NCBI RefSeq assembly: GCF_000446015.1
Contig: NC_022093.1
Location: 1,290,001-1,322,000, forward strand
DNA: 32,000 nucleotides
From: Thermofilum adornatum
Lineage (GTDB): Archaea > Thermoproteota > Thermoprotei > Thermofilales > Thermofilaceae
Direction: 5' to 3'
In this document: one piece after another, positions 8,383 through 16,560 of the stretch
Layout of the letters: the number at the start of each line of letters is the position of its first letter
How positions within the stretch are numbered: the first letter of the stretch is position 1
Program-made: the position numbers and the translations under genes
The notes under the pieces: model-generated
What the model saw: the letters and a program-made list of their open reading frames with translations, nothing else
Database searches by the model: none
Told to the model about the DNA's origin: nothing

Positions 8383-8650
8383 CCTGTTTTCCCTTGGCTA
8401 GTTCGACCCCGTACTTGAGGAGCTGGGCGGCCGCAACGATTCCAACGGAGAGAAAGACCGCCTTTGCTAAGAGGTACAGGGCCTCGGAAGTCAGGACGCC
8501 AATGGTGGCCGAGAGGTCTCCCGAGACAGTTGGTCTCTGGTATACAAGTGCGAATTGGACTGCAAGGACAAAGACAGTTATTATTAGGAGGACGCCGGAG
8601 AAAATAAGTATGAGGGCTATGTTTTTGCTCTTGTATGGTTCTCCATTCAT
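8372..8650 (-). CDS. Hypothetical small membrane protein (92 aa, 2 TM)
   Basis: ATG start and two hydrophobic helices. It is the first gene of the 8650->7551 operon. Confidence 0.55.
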   Translation of the reverse strand: MNGEPYKSKNIALILIFSGVLLIITVFVLAVQFALVYQRPTVSGDLSATIGVLTSEALYLLAKAVFLSVGIVAAAQLLKYGVELAKGKQDEQ

Positions 8651-8719
8651 ATGTAAATGTTTTTTGAAACTTCAATATTAATATTTTGCTTTCTTTTAAT
8701 TTAGCGCGCGCAAAGGATG

Positions 8720-9475
8720 TTAACTATTTTTAAGGTATTTTTCCATGAATGTCTGTGCGTCTTGGAGCATGTATACATTATTAAACATGACGTAAACTGC
8801 GCTTTTCTCTGCATATCTTTGGACTATGTTCCAGAGCTTTTCTAGGTCTTCATCAGTATATTTGTACCTGTAGTTTACCTCGCCCTTGCCTATGCCGTGT
8901 AACCTGAAATAGGTTGTTTCCCGCTCGATGACGGGTAGCGCCTTAAATGGGTCTACTACGTGGACGACGTGTTCGAATTTTTCTAGTAATCTTCTTAGCT
9001 TTTGGGGGTTCTGGCTCCAGTCTCCCCTCACTTCCCAGCCTACGACGAAGTCCTTTGTCTCGATAGCTGAGAAGAAGTCTTCGGCATTCCTGATGTTTTC
9101 TTCTGAGGCGTTAAAGCTAGGCGGCATCTGCAGGACGACGACTTTTGCTTTGAGTGTTTTCGCCGCCTCAGCGGTTAGTTCCCAGGCTTCGAACACTTCC
9201 TTTGTGGGCTTTAGGTAGCCGTATTTGTCTTTATGGTCTTCCCGGGGCTTGAATTTTGATTTTTTCCACGTAGGGCTGTCTGGTGGATGGGTTATTGCCT
9301 GCCAAGCCTTCAACGTGAAGATGAACCCTTCTGGAGCCTCCTGTCTTAGCTTTGCCAGCTTCTCTATGTCGGGGGGGTTGTAGAATGTTTCCTGAAGCTC
9401 GACAACGTTGAACAAGGTGTAGTACTTTTTCCTGCCAGTCGGGAATCCGCAGCATCCCACAAAAGTTCTTGTCAC
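8720..9475 (-). CDS. DUF72 (UPF0759) family protein
   Basis: 'VGCCGFP...YYTLFNVVELQETFY' and 'GFIFTLKAWQAITH' match the DUF72 signature (iGtsGW...tvEin.tFY / F.F.vK....iTH). GTG start. Confidence 0.8.
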   Translation of the reverse strand: MTRTFVGCCGFPTGRKKYYTLFNVVELQETFYNPPDIEKLAKLRQEAPEGFIFTLKAWQAITHPPDSPTWKKSKFKPREDHKDKYGYLKPTKEVFEAWELTAEAAKTLKAKVVVLQMPPSFNASEENIRNAEDFFSAIETKDFVVGWEVRGDWSQNPQKLRRLLEKFEHVVHVVDPFKALPVIERETTYFRLHGIGKGEVNYRYKYTDEDLEKLWNIVQRYAEKSAVYVMFNNVYMLQDAQTFMEKYLKNS

Positions 9476-9582
9476 GAGTAGACTTTGTTTGGTGGGGCTA
9501 AAAATTGTTATGCTTGTGGCGGTGAGAGGAGTCCACGTCCATAAAGTTTAAATCATGAGGGAAAATATTTTATTCGGTACAT

Positions 9583-10701
9583 ATGAAGGAGAAAATACTG
9601 CTAATTTTGAGCTTAGCCTCCCTTGCACTAGTCTTCGCAGTGCTGATCTATGCGTTCGCTCCCGGCCTTTTCCCAGCCTACTATGCACCCGTGGGTGCAT
9701 GGTGGCTTCTAGACCTCTTTGGCTACATGCTCTCCATGGCTGTCCTAGTCACGGCTCCAGTATTCTTTGGTAAATACTTGTCCCCCACGCCGAGCGGGCT
9801 AAGTGTACTTAGGTCGTCCATGATCGCGACGATGGCGGGAGTTATCGGGGGCTTTGGGCTAGTCGTTATGGGCCTCTCGGAGCTTATTGGCTGGGAGGTA
9901 ACGTCTCAGCTGGTCATGCTTGCAGTTGTCTTTGCGCTTCTTCCTTCCCTTTTCTCGTGGCTCTTCTCTCCGCTCCTAATAAACTTGATCTATGGGTGTA
10001 AGCCCGACCCAGAACTCCAGGGGATAGTTAACAATGTTGCTGCTAGGGCCGGAATGAAGCCTCCAAAGGCAGTTATAGCTACACGCATGAAGGAGCCTAA
10101 CGCCTTCGCATATTCCTCGCCACTATTCGGTAGCTATGTTGCAGTATCGGAGGGCATGCTCAGCATCGCTAGGGGGCAGGCGCTCGAAGCAGTCATCGGA
10201 CACGAGCTTGGACACCACAAGCACAAGGACAACACCATTATGCTCATCTTTGGCTTGATACCCTCAGTCATATACTTCCTTGGAAGATTCCTAATGTATA
10301 CGGGAATATATTCTTCTAGCTATCGCTACGACGGTGACCGAGACAGGAGGGGAAACGGCATCCTATTCCTCCTAGCGGGCATAGCACTAATAGTAATCAG
10401 CGTGATTATACAGCTTGCTGTACTGGCGCTATCAAGGCTACGTGAACACTACGCAGACGCCCACGGGGCAAAGGTCACCTCGCCAGACGCAATGATATCT
10501 GCACTTGCCTCGCTCGACGCCTTCTACAATAGGTACAGGGTAGCCAAAGCAAGGATAGACGACAGCAAGCTAAAAATGTTCTTCATCTATGCACTGGCCG
10601 AGCCTTTCATAAGCCTAGAGGAGCTCCTAGCAACCCACCCACCCATAGAGAAAAGGATAGCATTCCTAGAATCCCTGAAACAAGGACCAATTGAAGCTTA
10701 A
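9583..10701 (+). CDS. htpX: M48-family zinc metalloprotease (HtpX-like), polytopic membrane protein
   Basis: HExxH motif 'HELGHHKH', a downstream 'EHYADAHGA' block typical of M48 peptidases, and multiple TM helices. A TATA-like 'ATAAAGTTTAAAT' lies about 30 nt upstream. Confidence 0.85.
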   Translation: MKEKILLILSLASLALVFAVLIYAFAPGLFPAYYAPVGAWWLLDLFGYMLSMAVLVTAPVFFGKYLSPTPSGLSVLRSSMIATMAGVIGGFGLVVMGLSELIGWEVTSQLVMLAVVFALLPSLFSWLFSPLLINLIYGCKPDPELQGIVNNVAARAGMKPPKAVIATRMKEPNAFAYSSPLFGSYVAVSEGMLSIARGQALEAVIGHELGHHKHKDNTIMLIFGLIPSVIYFLGRFLMYTGIYSSSYRYDGDRDRRGNGILFLLAGIALIVISVIIQLAVLALSRLREHYADAHGAKVTSPDAMISALASLDAFYNRYRVAKARIDDSKLKMFFIYALAEPFISLEELLATHPPIEKRIAFLESLKQGPIEA

Positions 10702-10797
10702 ATATTTTCTTTTAAACAATATTTTTCACCCCTTTTGGTAACTTAGCTCTGAATCCTTTTCGTATAACATCCTTTATCTAGCCAAAAAACATATATT

Positions 10798-10817
10798 ATG
10801 GTAAATAATATTACCAT
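10798..10817. promoter_or_regulatory. Perfect 7-bp inverted repeat ATGGTAA-N6-TTACCAT between the TATA-like box and the vapB start (candidate VapB operator)
   Basis: ATGGTAA is at 10798-10804, the ATAATA spacer follows, and TTACCAT is at 10811-10817, 12 nt upstream of ATG 10829. It lies immediately downstream of 'CATATATTA'. Confidence 0.45.
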
Positions 10818-10828
10818 AAGAAAGCCTC

Positions 10829-11071
10829 ATGGAAATCGTAGAGATCGACGGATCAGGCCGTGTCTATATCCCAGCCAATGTAAGACGAAGGGTACCCTGG
10901 AGACGCTTTAAGATCGAGGTAGAAGCAGATCGGATAGTCTTGATTCCGGTTAAGCCGGCCGTGGACAAGTACTACGGGTTAGTTGCCCCTGCAAAGTCCA
11001 TGAGTCCAGAGGAGATTGATGATGCAGCTAAGACCGAGACGGAGAAGCTCTTCCGAAAAGATATACGTTGA
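10829..11071 (+). CDS. vapB: AbrB/SpoVT-domain antitoxin (VapB-type)
   Basis: The N-terminal swapped-hairpin motif 'DGSGRVYIPANVRRRV' is typical of AbrB/MazE-like antitoxins. It lies immediately upstream of, and overlaps, a PIN gene. Confidence 0.8.
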   Translation: MEIVEIDGSGRVYIPANVRRRVPWRRFKIEVEADRIVLIPVKPAVDKYYGLVAPAKSMSPEEIDDAAKTETEKLFRKDIR

Positions 11072-11414
11072 CATTAATGTTCTCTACTATTACTTGACAG
11101 CACACCCAGATTTTGGCGAACGTGCAAAGACTTATATTGCGAGGTGGAGCGGTAACCTGGTAACTTCATCGCTTAGTGCATGGATACTCTACGTTCTTAC
11201 GAGGCTCGAGAATATAGCATCAATTCTGGACGAGGTAGGTGTAGAGCTGGTGCCACTCACGGTAAGTGTCCTTAGCATAGCCGAGAAGCTTGAGAAACCA
11301 AGGGATTACGAGGACAGGATACACTTAGCAACAATGCTTGAGCTAGGCATAGACACGATAATCTCGAACGACAGGGACTTTGACGGTATTGCGGGGATCA
11401 AAAGGGTGTTTTAA
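11016..11414 (+). CDS. vapC: PIN-domain ribonuclease toxin (VapC)
   Basis: PIN acidic-residue blocks 'YVDINVL', 'EDRIHLATM' and 'ISNDRDF'. The only in-frame ATGs (11016/11019) give a 53-56 nt overlap with vapB, so the start is uncertain. Confidence 0.8.
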   Translation: MMMQLRPRRRSSSEKIYVDINVLYYYLTAHPDFGERAKTYIARWSGNLVTSSLSAWILYVLTRLENIASILDEVGVELVPLTVSVLSIAEKLEKPRDYEDRIHLATMLELGIDTIISNDRDFDGIAGIKRVF

Positions 11415-11595
11415 TAACGTTGTGCGTTCTCGTAGAATTGCTAGATGCTAGTGAGGGACGTAGAGATAAAAGAGATGTTTCTTTGGCATTTTACGGGGAA
11501 TGTTTTTGGTGTATAGAAACTTTGGAGATATAGTGGTCTCCATTTAGATAAAAATTAAAATAAAAGTTCTTAATAATAAAAATTAGTGATTTACA

Positions 11596-12780
11596 TTGCG
11601 GGAGGTAAAACTTTACCTATCCAAAGACTTTCTGCCGTGGGCCATGCATTCTTCTTTCGTTCTCGCATTGCTCAAGATGAAGCCCCAGAAGAGGCCACGG
11701 CTTAGCATTTGCTATGTCAACGTGGCTTCTCCAAGACAATATCAAACATATGCGTCGATTCTACGCGAAGAGGGGCTTGAAAGCATTGAGGAAGCCGTAT
11801 CAAGAGGTATTAGAAGCCTTCCAAGTGTCTCTATAGACGACTTAACGGTCATAGAGGGAAGATACCTCTTTGTTAGAGGTGCCGAGAAGGTTTTGAGGCT
11901 TTACCCCTTTTTAGACGTGTTCTCGTTTATATTAACTGTTGGAATACTTGTTAGTGCGATTTTTTCTGCATTGTTGTTTAGCCTTTATTTCCTGGGTCAA
12001 GCAATTCAGGTCTTCTATGGCTACATCATATTTATTCTAACATCAATAATGCTTGCACTGCTCTTCACAAATATCTACACGCTTATCCAGAAAGTGCTGT
12101 TGAAGCTGATAACTTCTGGTAGCTCCTTCGCATCAAAAGAACTTTCAATTAATATAGATGTTGCAACCACTCCTCTTTGTAAAGAGGCTTTAGCCGTGGA
12201 GCCTCTAGCATTTGGATTTATCCCGGAAAACGTTGAATCCATAGACAAGGTGAGGGTTGAAATCCTTATCAAGAGACATGACTGGCTTAGATGTGTTGTA
12301 GATTCGCTGAAAAATTCTATTGAGAAGCTCGAGAAGGAGAGGAGCAAGTACGAGAAGCTTCTCCGGGAACTGGGCTATACTATCGAAACAGCCAGCTCTT
12401 TAAAGTCATCTACAGAGAAAAGAGCCACGGCAAGAGGTGCCTGGCTTTGTCCAAGTTGTGGTGCATTAAACCACTCCAACACATACAAGTGCAGAGTGTG
12501 TGGGTCTCCAAGGCTACTTCAGGTGGCCCGTGAGGAATTGTCTCCTATACAGCGACGCATATTAAGCCTAATAGCTAGCCATGGCGGCGAAGTGGCGCAC
12601 CTAGTTTTGGTTTCCGAGCTCAAAGAGGAAAAACAGCAAATAGTTGAGGCACTGAAATCTCTCTATTCAAGAAAGCTTCTCAGCCCAGTACTTTTGACAT
12701 TCGAGGGAAAGCCGTCTATCGGATACAAGCTCAGCGAAGACGCCAGGAAGCTGTTGGAGTCCATATCTTCCCAAAAATAA
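11596..12780 (+). CDS. Membrane protein with coiled coil, RanBP2-type zinc finger and C-terminal winged-helix domain (putative membrane-tethered regulator)
   Basis: Hydrophobic helices at roughly aa 105-165 and the coiled coil 'IEKLEKERSKYEKLLREL'. 'WLCPSCGALNHSNTYKCRVC' (nt 12442-12501) fits W-x-C-x2-C-x3-N-x6-C-x2-C exactly. The C-terminal 'IQRRILSLIASHGGEVAHLVLVSEL...IVEALKSLYSRKLL' is wHTH-like. The start is ambiguous between TTG 11596 and ATG 11644. Confidence 0.65.
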   Translation: MREVKLYLSKDFLPWAMHSSFVLALLKMKPQKRPRLSICYVNVASPRQYQTYASILREEGLESIEEAVSRGIRSLPSVSIDDLTVIEGRYLFVRGAEKVLRLYPFLDVFSFILTVGILVSAIFSALLFSLYFLGQAIQVFYGYIIFILTSIMLALLFTNIYTLIQKVLLKLITSGSSFASKELSINIDVATTPLCKEALAVEPLAFGFIPENVESIDKVRVEILIKRHDWLRCVVDSLKNSIEKLEKERSKYEKLLRELGYTIETASSLKSSTEKRATARGAWLCPSCGALNHSNTYKCRVCGSPRLLQVAREELSPIQRRILSLIASHGGEVAHLVLVSELKEEKQQIVEALKSLYSRKLLSPVLLTFEGKPSIGYKLSEDARKLLESISSQK

Positions 12781-12856
12781 TGAAATGCCTTTTTAGCTCT
12801 TTAGAAATTTCTGAAGACATCTTATTAACAAAAACCTAATATTTTGATAGAGCATT

Positions 12857-13831
12857 ATGTTGTATGAAATCATTATGGGAAACGTAGCCGTGAAGATAAA
12901 AGATTTCGTGAAAACTTTTGGTCAAACCGTTGCAGTCGATGGCTTAAACCTAGAAATATACGAGGGCGAAATTTTCGGCCTCCTAGGGCCAAACGGGTCC
13001 GGGAAAACTACCACACTTTTAACGACGGCAACTATATACAAGCCTACTTCTGGCGATATCTATGTCCACGGATATTCTGTCTCTAGGCAGGGAGACATAG
13101 TTAGGAGGTATGTCGGCATAGCCTTCCAGGAGCCGAAAGCACTCTGGATAGACAACCCCTACGAGCTCCTTATCTGGCACGCGAGGGTTGTTGGATATTC
13201 TTCGTCTGAGGCAAAACAAGTGGTTAGAGACGTTATGGAGCAGCTGGACCTCTGGGAGCACAGGAAAAAACAGTTCTACCAGCTTAGCGGGGGGACCAGG
13301 AAGAAGCTAGAAATAGCCAAGGTGCTTATCCAAAGACCAAAGGTAGCAATCTTCGACGAGCCAACAGCACAGGTAGACGTCTTGACGAAGCACAAGTTAT
13401 GGGACGTTATTAGGGGTCTGAAGGCTGAAGGCACAACAATAATTGTAGCAACTAACGATATGTTCGAGGCGGAGAGGATCTGTGAAAGGATAGGGATAAT
13501 CTACAAGGGGAAGCTCAGGGCTCTTGGAACTATTTCCGAGCTCAAAGACATGGTTCCCCAAGGCGACGTGATAGAGATAGCCTTCGATGGCCCAGAAGAG
13601 CAGGTCAAAAAGATAATTTCCACCTTCCCCGAAATCGGCCACTTTACCATAGCCGACCACAAGGCAAGAATGTTCCTAAACAAAGGCGAGGAAAAAGCCG
13701 TAAGCATCGTTCAAGCACTTGCAAGTTCAGGAATAAAGGTGAGAAAGATAATGATACAGGAGCCTACGCTGGACGATGTGTTCTTCTACTTCACTGGGGC
13801 CAGGCTGAGGGAGGAGCATGGGGCTGCGTGA
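12857..13831 (+). CDS. ABC transporter ATP-binding protein (ABC-2/DrrA-CcmA type)
   Basis: Walker A 'GPNGSGKTT', signature 'LSGGTRKK', Walker B 'VAIFDEPT', and a C-terminal extension typical of ABC-2 ATPases. An alternative ATG lies at 12875. Confidence 0.9.
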   Translation: MLYEIIMGNVAVKIKDFVKTFGQTVAVDGLNLEIYEGEIFGLLGPNGSGKTTTLLTTATIYKPTSGDIYVHGYSVSRQGDIVRRYVGIAFQEPKALWIDNPYELLIWHARVVGYSSSEAKQVVRDVMEQLDLWEHRKKQFYQLSGGTRKKLEIAKVLIQRPKVAIFDEPTAQVDVLTKHKLWDVIRGLKAEGTTIIVATNDMFEAERICERIGIIYKGKLRALGTISELKDMVPQGDVIEIAFDGPEEQVKKIISTFPEIGHFTIADHKARMFLNKGEEKAVSIVQALASSGIKVRKIMIQEPTLDDVFFYFTGARLREEHGAA

Positions 13832-14627
13832 AGACCTGAACTCGTTCTATATGCTTGTCCTGTGGGATCTCTCACAAATGAAGCGGAGAACAGTCTTCGT
13901 AGTCATGCGTATCTCGTGGTTCGTACTCCAAGTGACAATATTTGGTCTGGCAATGAACGCGATGGTAAGGTTCAGGGGCATGGTCGCCCAGGGAATAGAC
14001 TATTATCACTTCTACCTGTTTGGCGTGTATGCCTCTATGCTCTTCAGCATTAGTGTCTCGAAGGCATACGACGTTGCAGAGGAGTTCGAAGAGGGTATGA
14101 TAGAGTATCTTCTCAGCCTACCAATCAAGAGAAAGGTTCTAGCTCTTGGTCGGTCAGTTGGGGGAGGGCTAGCTGCTTTCCTATTCACTGTACCAATGCT
14201 CCTCGTGATATTCGTGTTGCTCGGGAGCTTTGAACCACTAGCCATGCTGATATCTATTCTTGCCGCGCTCGTGTTCTCTGTGGGCGTGACTGGCTTCGTT
14301 ATATCTGTAGTCTTATCGCTAAAATCAAGCGACACCACCGATATATTCTTCGGCGTTTTGGATGCACTAATCATAAGGCTTAGCACTGTTTTTTACCCTG
14401 CAGTTATCATTGCAAAGATAGCGCCATACTACTATGCTTCACTAGTCAACCCCGTATCTCACTTCGTCGACCTGCTTAGAACACTCTTTTTCTTCGAAGA
14501 ATTCAAGACAATAGCAGTAGCCGACCCCTACCTCATGATGGCGTACCTATTTGGATTCGCCGCTGGGGTAGCAAGCCTGGCAATATACATTGTTGAGAGG
14601 AGAGTAGAGGGGGGTGGCTGGAAATGA
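13818..14627 (+). CDS. ABC-2 type transporter permease
   Basis: Six predicted hydrophobic helices. The start overlaps the ATPase gene by 14 nt and the stop overlaps the next permease gene (ATGA). Confidence 0.8.
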   Translation: MGLREDLNSFYMLVLWDLSQMKRRTVFVVMRISWFVLQVTIFGLAMNAMVRFRGMVAQGIDYYHFYLFGVYASMLFSISVSKAYDVAEEFEEGMIEYLLSLPIKRKVLALGRSVGGGLAAFLFTVPMLLVIFVLLGSFEPLAMLISILAALVFSVGVTGFVISVVLSLKSSDTTDIFFGVLDALIIRLSTVFYPAVIIAKIAPYYYASLVNPVSHFVDLLRTLFFFEEFKTIAVADPYLMMAYLFGFAAGVASLAIYIVERRVEGGGWK

Positions 14628-15400
14628 AGAGTCTAGAAGTTAGGGAGGCACTCCTCATCACATTAAGGGACCTCAACAGATTCTGGAAATACAAGTTCTG
14701 GCTAGGCGCACAAATAGCGATGAACCTAGCAGACATAGTCATTTTTGCCGTGATATTCAACAACCTCGTAAACAGACAGTACATCCCGGACTACGTAAAG
14801 TTCCTGGCCACGGGCATCCTAGCCCTATCTACCTTCGCGTCTGCCTTCTCGATCGGCAGAGAGGTAGGCATAGAGATAAGAAGAGAATTCACCCACTACT
14901 TGCTGAGCCTCCCACTGTCGAGGACAGCCCTAGTATTTGGACGCATAATGAGTGGAACCCTTCGCGGGCTTATTTATCAAGCATCATTCATTATCCTGGC
15001 AATGCTAGTAGTAGGCATGCCAACACTCGAAGGCTTCTTACTTGTCCTTGCAACATCAACCCTGCTTTCTGCCTCTATGTCTAGCCTAGCGATAGCAATA
15101 TCAACTTCGACACGCGACTTTAATCTCCAGGCCACTTTCAGGTCGCTGACGTACTATATCCTATTTTTCTTCTCTAACGTGTTCTACCCAGAAGAAGTTC
15201 TAAAGCAACGCTTCCCATCCTTCCTGTTAGCCTTCATAAAGGTTTCACCCGTATCGCTGGCATCAGACATATACAGGTGGGCTTTCCACTACTACACATC
15301 CATAGACATACAGTTCGAGGCTCTACTACTCACAGCATGGACAACAATAACATTGCTATTGGCCTCCCTTCTCTACATGCGGAATCTAACGAAAATGTAA
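14624..15400 (+). CDS. ABC-2 type transporter permease (second subunit)
   Basis: Paralogous architecture to the preceding permease, with shared blocks ('YLLSLPL.R') and a 4-nt ATGA coupling. Confidence 0.8.
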   Translation: MKSLEVREALLITLRDLNRFWKYKFWLGAQIAMNLADIVIFAVIFNNLVNRQYIPDYVKFLATGILALSTFASAFSIGREVGIEIRREFTHYLLSLPLSRTALVFGRIMSGTLRGLIYQASFIILAMLVVGMPTLEGFLLVLATSTLLSASMSSLAIAISTSTRDFNLQATFRSLTYYILFFFSNVFYPEEVLKQRFPSFLLAFIKVSPVSLASDIYRWAFHYYTSIDIQFEALLLTAWTTITLLLASLLYMRNLTKM

Positions 15401-15405
15401 TTTCC

Positions 15406-16452
15406 CTACATTAACCCTAACCACTTCTTTTCGGGGATATATTCTCCCTTTATGGGGACAGGGTAACCACAGTATTTACACTTCCATTCATTGTCCCTTT
15501 TCTCAAGCTTCCAGTCTACAACCCTATAGTTGTTCCTCACTATGACGGGTCTGCCACATTTTGGACAATACGTTGTCTCGTAGCGTGGGTTATGTAGGTT
15601 TCCAATATATACGTATCTTAGTCCGCTCTTTTTTGCCTCTTCGGCTATTTCAAGGAGCTTTGAAATGGGCGTCGGGGGCTTTCTCCAAGCATAAGCAGGG
15701 AAATACCTATTAATGTGTAGAGGTGTGTCCACGCCAAGCAGGGTGACATGCTTTTCGATTATCCACCTATAACAATCCTCATAGTCGTTTGTGTTAGTGA
15801 CTACCAGATAGACTATTTCTACGTATCCACCTCTCTCCTTTATTGTCTTGGCATTCCTAAATGGAACATAGAAATCAATATTTCCAAGAGGTTTCTGCAT
15901 TCCCTTGCAGCCTTTTATGCTTATGCTCCAGCCATCTATGCCGGCTCTAAGCAACGCGTCGAGGGCCTTCTCAGTAAAATAACCATTAGTCACAAGCATG
16001 AAGTACAATCCTCTTTTAGAAGCATGCTCTGCCACGTCTACAAGAAAGTCGAAGTTCACAGCCGGCTCATTGAAGCTTGCAGAGAGCCCCTCATCCCCTT
16101 CCCGGACAGCCAGCTCGACAAGTTTCTCTGGCGAGAAAACGGGCTGTGATATGTCTGGCATCCGAAAGCTAAGGTGGTAGTTCTGGCACCAGGGACAGTG
16201 AAAATTACAATCATAGCTCGAGAAAGTCAGGGCCGTAGAGTTAGGCCAATAGTGGAACAACGGCTTCAGCTCTATTGGTCTACTTTCAAGGGCACTAAGC
16301 CTCCCATATCCCAAGTGGAAAAGCTCGCCCCCAACATTTACATAGTTACCGCACGCCCCTTTTGCACCAGGCCGTATGAGGCACCTTCGCTCACACACGA
16401 GGCATTGAACCCTGCCGTCCTCTAGAAGGGACCACAGCCTAGCCTTTTTCAT
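15406..16452 (-). CDS. AmmeMemoRadiSam-system radical SAM enzyme (pyruvate formate-lyase activase-like)
   Basis: Radical SAM motif 'CNFHCPWC'. The N-terminal Cys-rich lead 'VQCLVCERRCLIRPGAKGACGNY' and the C-terminal zinc ribbon 'CPKCG...CKYCG' are typical of this family. Confidence 0.85.
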   Translation of the reverse strand: MKKARLWSLLEDGRVQCLVCERRCLIRPGAKGACGNYVNVGGELFHLGYGRLSALESRPIELKPLFHYWPNSTALTFSSYDCNFHCPWCQNYHLSFRMPDISQPVFSPEKLVELAVREGDEGLSASFNEPAVNFDFLVDVAEHASKRGLYFMLVTNGYFTEKALDALLRAGIDGWSISIKGCKGMQKPLGNIDFYVPFRNAKTIKERGGYVEIVYLVVTNTNDYEDCYRWIIEKHVTLLGVDTPLHINRYFPAYAWRKPPTPISKLLEIAEEAKKSGLRYVYIGNLHNPRYETTYCPKCGRPVIVRNNYRVVDWKLEKRDNEWKCKYCGYPVPIKGEYIPEKKWLGLM

Positions 16453-16560
16453 CTATACGAGAATAATGAACGAAGCTTTTTATCATTTTGTGGGGTATAG
16501 GTCAGCGTAGCATAATCCGATACATAAATAAAGAAGCAATAGTAACAATAAAGGATAACT

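Noticed and set aside
9555-9773. A 72-aa ORF overlapping the start of the M48 protease gene in another frame
   Set aside because: The overlapping frame from 9583 encodes a full-length HExxH protease with a proper TATA-to-ATG spacing. The alternative frame is Cys/Arg/Ser-rich with no features.
11445-11516. A 23-codon ORF ('MLVRDVEIKEMFLWHFTGNVFGV*') and a weak GGAGA/TCTCC hairpin (11524-11541) in the 181-nt spacer after vapC
   Set aside because: There are no supporting signals such as a ribosome-binding site, evidence of conservation, or a recognisable peptide. The hairpin has only 5-bp arms.
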